Shown here: in pieces, positions 1-4,822 of the stretch | Position numbering within the stretch: the first letter of the stretch is position 1 | Layout of the letters: each line of letters starts with the position of its first letter | Source of the DNA: an uncultured virus (IMG/VR IMGVR_UViG_3300030060_005500) | Lineage: Duplodnaviria > Heunggongvirae > Uroviricota > Caudoviricetes | DNA: 20,845 nt | IMG/VR virus record: IMGVR_UViG_3300030060_005500 | Strand: one strand, 5' to 3' | Made by a program: the position numbers and the translations under genes | Notes under the pieces: model-generated | What the model was told of the DNA's origin: nothing | The model's database searches: none | What the model saw: only the letters and a program-made list of their open reading frames with translations

Positions 1-78
1 CATGGCAAATTGTAAGTTGAGTTGAATTATCTGCGTGTAGGATACGCAGCCCCCATAAGATAAAAACTATCTACACAC

Positions 79-414
79 TCAAAGCTTCTCTTCCTTAAAC
101 ATGATACCAGGAGAGACTTCTTCGTAACCTTCTTTCAAAGGGTCAGGTTTACGATTACGTTTGGGCATCTCCACAGGTAGCAAGCGATGTTGCATATGTC
201 TGGTACCGGATGCGGAACCTGAGTCATCCCATTTTACAGAATAATAATAGTCGACTCTGCCATTGGCTTGAGTACGTTTGTCAACAGATTCGACGATACC
301 GTAACGTGGTTTGTAAGACTTATTCAGCATACGTTCCTGTGGTATGCTCGGCGTCTTCTTGAGTACACGATCACCTATCTGGTAACGTTGACCAACTTTC
401 TTGTAATTAGGCAT
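79..414 (-). CDS. Hypothetical early protein (111 aa), probable SH3/KOW/Tudor-like beta-barrel
   Basis: Start moved from 603 to ATG at 414, which overlaps the upstream stop (ATGCCTAA) and follows AAGGAGG. The pattern YQIGDRV...GIVESVD...YYYSVKWDD is typical of small SH3-like barrels (fold is inferred). Confidence 0.7.
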   Translation of the reverse strand: MPNYKKVGQRYQIGDRVLKKTPSIPQERMLNKSYKPRYGIVESVDKRTQANGRVDYYYSVKWDDSGSASGTRHMQHRLLPVEMPKRNRKPDPLKEGYEEVSPGIMFKEEKL

Positions 415-709
415 CAGGTTTCTTTTCCTCCTTTGGTTCTGTTTTAGGTTTAGATTGTTCTTTGCTGTGCAAAGTGTATTGTTTTGACAGGCCAGTGCCG
501 GATACAGACGTAAGACCCTGTACTGTCTGTTTGTGTAGGTTGTAGTTGATATTGCTCTGCAGCTTGCCAAGTTTGCCTTGAGCTGTAATAGATTCAATAC
601 CATGACTCATAGAAAGATTGACTTTGACATCACCCAGTCCGAATGGAAGTTTGATGATGGGTACTCTTTTCTTGAATCGAAAACCTTTAGTAGGTCTGTC
701 TTTAGCCAT
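407..709 (-). CDS. DUF4236-like protein (100 aa)
   Basis: Start at ATG 709 (GAGG SD, ATGGCTAA overlap with the upstream stop). GFRFKKRV...VKVNLSMSHGI...TSVSGTGLS resembles the DUF4236 pattern GFRFRK..(V/L)N.SKSG...PGTGLS, recalled from memory. Confidence 0.6.
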   Translation of the reverse strand: MAKDRPTKGFRFKKRVPIIKLPFGLGDVKVNLSMSHGIESITAQGKLGKLQSNINYNLHKQTVQGLTSVSGTGLSKQYTLHSKEQSKPKTEPKEEKKPDA

Positions 710-953
710 TGGGTTCCTCTGGTTTGTGGTCATCAGGTAGGAGGTTGTCTGTAAGAGATGATAGGTCTACGCCGTCGGGTAAGTTGTCCATCTGGAACAA
801 CTCCCCCGTCTTCTCGTCATAGTATCCTCCTACAAACCCCATTCCTTTCTGATCCGCAAACTCTTTCATCTTGGCAACCAGCTGCATCCTCTTGAGCCTG
901 TTGTGATCAATGGCATCGGGTATGCGTGGCTTGTTGTCTTTGCCTTTAGTCAT
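702..953 (-). CDS. Hypothetical early protein (83 aa)
   Basis: ORF track; GAGGT SD upstream; 8-nt start/stop overlaps at both ends. Confidence 0.8.
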   Translation of the reverse strand: MTKGKDNKPRIPDAIDHNRLKRMQLVAKMKEFADQKGMGFVGGYYDEKTGELFQMDNLPDGVDLSSLTDNLLPDDHKPEEPNG

Positions 954-1116
954 TGGGTTTACCTCTGGGTTGTTGTAAGCGTTTGAATTTGAATTCGTTG
1001 GTGATACCAGGTGCTAGTACAATGCTGACGACCACAGCATCATCTTTGATAAACACACTGGCATGACTTGGATTTGAGAAATCGTATTGCTGATGTTCAG
1101 ACTTTGTATCCTTCAT
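946..1116 (-). CDS. Small hypothetical protein (56 aa, MKDTKSEHQQYDFSNPSHASVFIKDDAVVVSIVLAPGITNEFKFKRLQQPRGKPND), not in the ORF track
   Basis: Translated by hand. It fills the gap exactly and its stop overlaps the next start (ATGACTAA). Confidence 0.7.
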   Translation of the reverse strand: MKDTKSEHQQYDFSNPSHASVFIKDDAVVVSIVLAPGITNEFKFKRLQQPRGKPND

Positions 1117-1177
1117 TAATTATAAAAAACAATAGGAGAATAGTACAGAAAAAATTCAGTGATTTCTACCTATGTTT

Positions 1178-1402
1178 TCATATGGAAGTAAAAGATTTCC
1201 TTTCGTAATAATCAGTCATTTTCTCCTTGAAATCCTTTACTGAGACACACGAAGAAACCAACACGAAATCCATGGTGATCCATGAATTACCTCTGAGTTT
1301 TTGATACTCAAGAGTGTAAGGTTTCTTACTGGGTACATGCATTACTCTGTCGGGTGTGTTATTTTCCCGAGGGTAATACCAAGGTCGAATAGTAGGTGCC
1401 AT
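1178..1402 (-). CDS. Hypothetical early protein (74 aa, MAPTIRPWYYPRE...)
   Basis: Start moved to ATG 1402 after an A/C/U-rich leader (TTCAAACTACATACATTTTT). The upstream extension coincides with a stem-loop. Confidence 0.65.
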   Translation of the reverse strand: MAPTIRPWYYPRENNTPDRVMHVPSKKPYTLEYQKLRGNSWITMDFVLVSSCVSVKDFKEKMTDYYERKSFTSI

Positions 1403-1427
1403 AAAAATGTATGTAGTTTGAATAAGA

Positions 1428-1473
1428 AACTGGGACTTACAGATGATGTTTGGGGTCATCAGCATGCCCAGCT
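1428..1473 (-). ncRNA. Intergenic structured RNA element (stem-loop, possible pseudoknot)
   Basis: Minus strand: AGCTGGG/CCCAGTT outer stem and TGATG/CATCA inner stem, starting 5 nt after the stop of 1479..1910. Confidence 0.45.
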
Positions 1474-1478
1474 AGTAG

Positions 1479-1910
1479 TTACCAAGAGCAGTAGTACAGT
1501 ATTCTCATGCCTTTCTTGAGTTCTTCTTCAGCTTTGTCGCAGAACTCGATGTCGTTTTCTCTGTAGTATTCATCTGAGGGATCACCCCAGAAAAAACCAG
1601 AGGCATCTCCATAGCCTCCATTGAGAGTCTGGTTCTTGATATCCAATCGTAATCTTTGGATGTCTTCAGCCTTCAGTTCTACGATTTCATCATTGAATGG
1701 ATCTTGCATGTATGACTGAGCCTGATAGCCTTCTCCTGTATGTGGATCAGGCTTGGCAGCATCACCATACTGACGTTTTCTCCATAGACGTTCCATCCAG
1801 CCCTGTAGGTTTGGATGTTTACGCCAGTAGTAAAGTTCTTTGTCTTTTTCCCAATCAATTGTGTTGGTGGTACCAGCTGATCGAGAAAAAGCATACTGGT
1901 CTAGTCCCAT
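1479..1910 (-). CDS. Conserved phage protein of unknown function (MGLDQY...YWRKHPNLQGWM...GFFWG...Y.CSW family)
   Basis: Motifs match a widespread phage family I recall being loosely annotated 'phosphoglycerate kinase'; at 143 aa it cannot be a true PGK. Confidence 0.85.
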   Translation of the reverse strand: MGLDQYAFSRSAGTTNTIDWEKDKELYYWRKHPNLQGWMERLWRKRQYGDAAKPDPHTGEGYQAQSYMQDPFNDEIVELKAEDIQRLRLDIKNQTLNGGYGDASGFFWGDPSDEYYRENDIEFCDKAEEELKKGMRILYYCSW

Positions 1911-1933
1911 AGTTTTAGTAATGAATTGAATAA

Positions 1934-1997
1934 TGACCTGGCATCATCAGGGCAGGGCGGTCAGTTCCTACCGACTCCCCGAAGGGAGTTTCGCCAG
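1934..1997 (-). ncRNA. Type II hammerhead ribozyme with loop I/3'-tail pseudoknot
   Basis: Minus strand: CUGGC-GAAA-CUCCC(UUCG)GGGAG-UC^GGUAGG(AACUGACCGC)CCUGCC-CUGAUGA-U-GCCAG-GUCA. All core nucleotides are present, with a GUC triplet (cut between 1973 and 1972), three stems, and UGACC in loop I complementary to the 3' GGUCA. Confidence 0.93.
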
Positions 1998-2435
1998 TTA
2001 CTTCTTGGCAGCCTCTAACTCAGCTTGCTCGAAAGCTTCTTCTTGTTCGATTTCAGCTCTTAACTCTTCAAGCTCAGTTTCAGATAGCTTTGGTGGTGCA
2101 ACTTGTGCAGGCTTAGTAGATACACGCTCGGTGTATGCATAGTTGAGAGAAATCTCAGGATGCTTGAGCGTTTTGTTCACACCATCTTGGGTGTAATGAG
2201 ATCTAATACCGGTAAGATCAATGTCACCATGGACAACTACACGGGTACCAGTTAGGTCTTCACCATTCTGGGTAGCTTTGAGCATACCGTTGTTGTCGGT
2301 GTACTTGATACGAATGCTGTTCTTCTTGCTATCCTCTGCGGCAACAGTGACAGCAAGGAAGGTATCGTACTTGTCTTTGACACCATCGACGACTTTGACA
2401 TTGATGATGTTGCCAGTAAAAGTAGCTTTCTGCAT
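1998..2435 (-). CDS. SSB-like OB-fold protein (145 aa)
   Basis: Start moved to ATG 2435. MQKATFTGNI, FLAVTVA and GTRVVVHGDI parallel the SSB strands (MNKVILVGNL, NFSLA, GSLVYVEGRL); acidic C-terminal region. Confidence 0.6.
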   Translation of the reverse strand: MQKATFTGNIINVKVVDGVKDKYDTFLAVTVAAEDSKKNSIRIKYTDNNGMLKATQNGEDLTGTRVVVHGDIDLTGIRSHYTQDGVNKTLKHPEISLNYAYTERVSTKPAQVAPPKLSETELEELRAEIEQEEAFEQAELEAAKK

Positions 2436-2480
2436 TTGATTTACAGTTGAGTAGGTGGTGCCCATCTCCACAGGGGGCAA

Positions 2481-2534
2481 GGTCGAAGGAGGGAATCGAA
2501 CCCTCCACTGGTGAACCAGTTCCAACATCTCGAC
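2481..2534 (-). ncRNA. Minimal tRNA-like structure (no D-stem, no canonical anticodon loop, no encoded CCA)
   Basis: Minus strand: GUCGAG-AUGUUGGA-ACUGG(UUCA)CCAGU-GGAGGG(UUCGAUU)CCCUCC-UUCGAC-C. Acceptor 6 bp plus T-stem 6 bp gives 12 bp; canonical T-loop; GG in a D-loop-like linker. Confidence 0.75.
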
Positions 2535-2537
2535 TAT

Positions 2538-2618
2538 CTATCTCCCATATGCTCCAACGTTCTTAAGGAATATATAGAGCAGGATGGTGATACAGATGAT
2601 GACGATGAGTGTAGTCAT
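2538..2618 (-). CDS. Single-TM micropeptide (26 aa, MTTLIVIICITILLYIFLKNVGAYGR), not in the ORF track
   Basis: ATGA overlap with the upstream stop; about 15 hydrophobic residues followed by K/R; stop lies 3 nt before the tRNA-like element. Confidence 0.65.
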   Translation of the reverse strand: MTTLIVIICITILLYIFLKNVGAYGR

Positions 2619-2803
2619 GCTATGAAGTCAGGATCACTGAGTACAGTTAAACCGCATTGCATAACTTTGGCAAGATCCTTGTCACACTCTGGCATATCTT
2701 GAATCTGGAAAGACCAGAACAGGAAGTTATCTGAGTTGTGACCTAACTGTTGTACCTCAGATAATATCTGGGTGAGTTCAGGAGTTAGTACAGCAAGAGA
2801 CAT
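2615..2803 (-). CDS. Hypothetical early protein (62 aa)
   Basis: ORF track; GAGGT SD in CAACCCAGAGGTAACT-ATG. Confidence 0.75.
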   Translation of the reverse strand: MSLAVLTPELTQILSEVQQLGHNSDNFLFWSFQIQDMPECDKDLAKVMQCGLTVLSDPDFIA

Positions 2804-2827
2804 AGTTACCTCTGGGTTGAATTGAAT

Positions 2828-2886
2828 TAAGTTATGAGGGGAATCCCTCAGTCTGCCTCAGAGAAGCAGAGGGAGAGAATCACTTA
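2828..2886 (-). ncRNA. Structured leader or processing element with alternative folds
   Basis: Hairpins UCUGC/GCAGA and UGAGGG(AUUC)CCCUCA closed by UAAGU/ACUUA; alternative long helix UCUCUC-CC-UCUGC/GCAGA-CU-GAGGGA. Confidence 0.4.
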
Positions 2887-2893
2887 CCCAAGT

Positions 2894-2909
2894 ATTTAAA
2901 TCCCATACA
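2894..2909 (-). promoter_or_regulatory. Repeated motif TGTATGGGATTTAAAT, copy A (candidate early promoter or operator)
   Basis: Exact 16-nt match to 3177-3192; intergenic, upstream of a leftward gene. Confidence 0.5.
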
Positions 2910-2933
2910 GCTAGGAGCGTAGTCAGGGAGTTG

Positions 2934-3143
2934 TTAGAAAGGAATATATTCAGTAGATTTATGGACTAATAACTGACAGTCACGTAATTGAGACCAGCAT
3001 CCACTACCAAGATATATACTTCTACTTCTAAGCTTGAAGCGTAAATAATAGAAGGCATATGCAAAAGGCATTAGCAGATGATTGGTGCGACATACAACAC
3101 TGTCATAATCACCAGAAGAAACTACGAGAAATAATTCAGACAT
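2934..3143 (-). CDS. Hypothetical early protein (69 aa)
   Basis: ORF track; AT-rich leader; lies between two copies of the repeated motif. Confidence 0.6.
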   Translation of the reverse strand: MSELFLVVSSGDYDSVVCRTNHLLMPFAYAFYYLRFKLRSRSIYLGSGCWSQLRDCQLLVHKSTEYIPF

Positions 3144-3176
3144 AATTAATAAATAAGTAGTATCGAGTACTCAAAA

Positions 3177-3192
3177 ATTTAAATCCCATACA
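3177..3192 (-). promoter_or_regulatory. Repeated motif TGTATGGGATTTAAAT, copy B
   Basis: Exact 16-nt match to 2894-2909, 33 nt upstream of ATG 3143. Confidence 0.5.
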
Positions 3193-3231
3193 CATCTGCG
3201 AGTGGGCAAATGGTGTACAGGATCTATTTAA

Positions 3232-3306
3232 CGAGCGAACGAAGTGAGCGAGTAGCGGTCCGTTGTTATATACAACAGCAGCGAGCGTTAGCGAGCGGGG
3301 TGCACG
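3232..3306 (+). repeat. GAGCG repeat cluster 1 (pas/ssi-like)
   Basis: CGAGCGAACGAAGTGAGCGAGTAGCGG and AGCGAGCGTTAGCGAGCGGGGTGCACG, all on the + strand. Confidence 0.6.
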
Positions 3307-3446
3307 TCAAGCACTTCTGCTGCTCGATGCATCTTCTGAGATACATACTTACGACTAGTGTCCAGCCAGGCGTTGCCGGCTGAACGTGCAGTAGTGTACA
3401 TAGGCTTGAAGTCAGCCTTGAGACCTTTAATAGTGTTGGAAAACAT
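3288..3446 (-). CDS. Small hypothetical protein (52 aa, MFSNTIKGLKADFKPMYTTARSAGNAWLDTSRKYVSQKMHRAAEVLDVHPAR), not in the ORF track
   Basis: Translated by hand. The leader ACATTTATTGCC-ATG resembles ACAATTTGCC-ATG at position 3, and codon style matches the neighbouring genes. Preferred over the track ORF 3266..3451. Confidence 0.6.
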   Translation of the reverse strand: MFSNTIKGLKADFKPMYTTARSAGNAWLDTSRKYVSQKMHRAAEVLDVHPAR

Positions 3447-3623
3447 GGCAATAAATGTTAACGATGTAATGATTTGGTTAAGCTCGAAGACGTAACCTGA
3501 GTAGTAGCAACGTTTGTTACAGGTGATTACAGTTCTATCTCGGCTCTACTGAGCGGAGGATCTTGACCTAATTTCGTGCGGGAATCAAGGGAAACTCGAC
3601 GAAAACTCGGCGAAAGATCAAAT

Positions 3624-3651
3624 AATGTAACTAATTGTAAACAAATGTTAC
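3624..3651 (-). promoter_or_regulatory. HLR1-type (RpaB) direct repeat
   Basis: Minus strand GTAACATT-TG-TTTACAAT-TA-GTTACATT. The last two octamers match (G/T)TTACA(T/A)(T/A)-N2-(G/T)TTACA(T/A)(T/A) exactly, and a third half-site is in 10-bp phase. Confidence 0.55.
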
Positions 3652-3672
3652 TATCATTAACTCTATTCTTCT

Positions 3673-3681
3673 AATCCCATA
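3673..3681 (-). promoter_or_regulatory. Partial copy C of the repeated motif (TATGGGATT)
   Basis: 9-nt core shared with copies A and B, upstream of the first leftward gene. Confidence 0.35.
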
Positions 3682-3705
3682 GATATATGCCGAAGTTAAG
3701 TACCT

Positions 3706-3745
3706 AGCGAGCGACCAACGGAAGCGAGCGGAGGAGGGGTGCACG
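3706..3745 (+). repeat. GAGCG repeat cluster 2 (pas/ssi-like)
   Basis: AGCGAGCG-ACCAACGGA-AGCGAGCG-GAGGA-GGGGTGCACG, an imperfect direct repeat of 3280-3306. Confidence 0.6.
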
Positions 3746-3928
3746 GTACTTCTTTTTTTTCTATACGGTATGTGCAACGGGCGGGTGGGTGGAGAAGAGT
3801 CGAGTAATTTTGTACCCTATTTGGAGCTATAAGGAGCCGATTTTGTAGTAAAAAACCCTAATTAGCCCAAAAAATCACCCAAAAGTGCCGACCTTCAGGT
3901 GATTAAAGTTTCGATTATTAGATATTAG

Positions 3929-4141
3929 TTATTTTTCTTTGCTTTTCTTAAATTTACCGGCCGCTTTTGCCGCTTTACTGAATGCTTCCCCATCTGGAAC
4001 TTGAAATGCCAGTTCTTTCTTAGCATTTGTAACAAAATCACGTACTTCCAGGGAGTCTTTACCCTGTGCTGCCATGTCTAAAGCTTTGTTTTTAATAGCT
4101 TCTAGTCCATCAACTTTATTTTGGCGGGATTCAACATCCAT
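3929..4141 (-). CDS. Hypothetical helical protein (70 aa) with basic tail
   Basis: ORF track; divergent from the late operon; possible TG-A-TAGCAT -10 on the minus strand near 4175-4183. Confidence 0.75.
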   Translation of the reverse strand: MDVESRQNKVDGLEAIKNKALDMAAQGKDSLEVRDFVTNAKKELAFQVPDGEAFSKAAKAAGKFKKSKEK

Positions 4142-4240
4142 TATTGGTATTTTCTAAGTAATTTCCCTGATTTAATGCTATCACGAGTAGATTTGTTACT
4201 CATAGAATGGACAGAAGAGAAATGTGACGGCTAAGTGTAG

Positions 4241-4822
4241 ATGTCTTCCTCATATCAGGCACAATATTATTCACAACAGCCAGATAATAACAATCTGGGG
4301 GTTTTAGCAACTGGAACCCTAGCAGGAGGTGGTCTTGCTACTCTTGCAGCTTTAACTTTGATGAGAAGAGGTAAAAATCTCTCTGCAACAACGGATCTTA
4401 GTCAGAAAGGTGCGTCTGCTATATCAAATGTAGCTGGAAAGAAATATACTGTAAAAAAGTCAGGTCCAGTGCCACCTAGCACACCTGCAGAAAATGTATT
4501 TACTAATATTCCTGAAGGACAAACTCAACCTGTGGTAAGACCAAGTGATACTGTTCTATCTCCAGGTAGATCTCTTCTGTCAGGACCGGCTTTATCTCAA
4601 GCTGGTAAACCTGCTGAACTTCCAAAACCTGTTAAAGGATCTATACAAGAAAGAGAAGCTCAAGATAATTTAAGAAGATATATAAGTACGGTACAAGCAG
4701 GGATATTAGCTAAAGATGAAACGTATTATGCAGCACTTAAACAAGCTAAAGACTTAGGTATAGGAGTTACTTTAGATCCGTCTATGAAACGTACAAATAA
4801 AGACAATAAAAGAAGATCATGA
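4241..4822 (+). CDS. Hypothetical protein with N-terminal Gly-rich hydrophobic segment (putative virion/ejection protein)
   Basis: LGVLATGTLAGGGLATLAALTLMRR; first gene of the + strand module. Confidence 0.7.
   Translation: MSSSYQAQYYSQQPDNNNLGVLATGTLAGGGLATLAALTLMRRGKNLSATTDLSQKGASAISNVAGKKYTVKKSGPVPPSTPAENVFTNIPEGQTQPVVRPSDTVLSPGRSLLSGPALSQAGKPAELPKPVKGSIQEREAQDNLRRYISTVQAGILAKDETYYAALKQAKDLGIGVTLDPSMKRTNKDNKRRS

Noticed and set aside
415..603. N-terminal extension of ORF 79..603
   Set aside because: It overlaps the DUF4236-like gene; a coupled ATG with SD exists at 414.
1456..1462. Second hammerhead (CUGAUGA on the minus strand)
   Set aside because: No GAAA or NUH in the right geometry, and the heptamer sits within a simple stem. 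It also lacks pistol and twister core motifs.
1479..1910. Phosphoglycerate kinase auxiliary metabolic gene
   Set aside because: Far too short and lacks PGK motifs; the label appears to be a propagated mis-annotation of this family.
2436..2528. N-terminal extension of ORF 1998..2528
   Set aside because: It runs through the tRNA-like element; the SSB-like pattern begins at MQKATF (2435).
2481..2534. Functional tRNA gene (for example a UCA opal/Sec suppressor)
   Set aside because: Only 54 nt, no D-stem, a 4-nt loop instead of a 7-nt anticodon loop, and no CCA. Kept as tRNA-like only.
1301..2702. Plus-strand ORFs 1301, 1697, 1933, 2221 and 2511, and nested minus ORF 1679..1894
   Set aside because: Shadows of better-supported minus-strand genes, with no SD or recognisable motif.
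3266..3451. Track ORF MPCFPTLL (61 aa)
   Set aside because: Non-ATG start and odd Cys-rich composition; the alternative frame 3288..3446 has an ATG and a leader like other early genes.
3490..3655. NtcA site (GTA-N8-TAC)
   Set aside because: The GTA/TAC pairs checked are spaced N9 or N11; the 10-bp direct repeat fits HLR1 better.
3232..3745. CRISPR array or transposon ends
   Set aside because: Repeats are short, irregularly spaced and direct; no cas or transposase gene is present.
3733..3760. Intrinsic terminator before the T8 run
   Set aside because: The stem relies heavily on G-U pairs and no + strand gene ends here.
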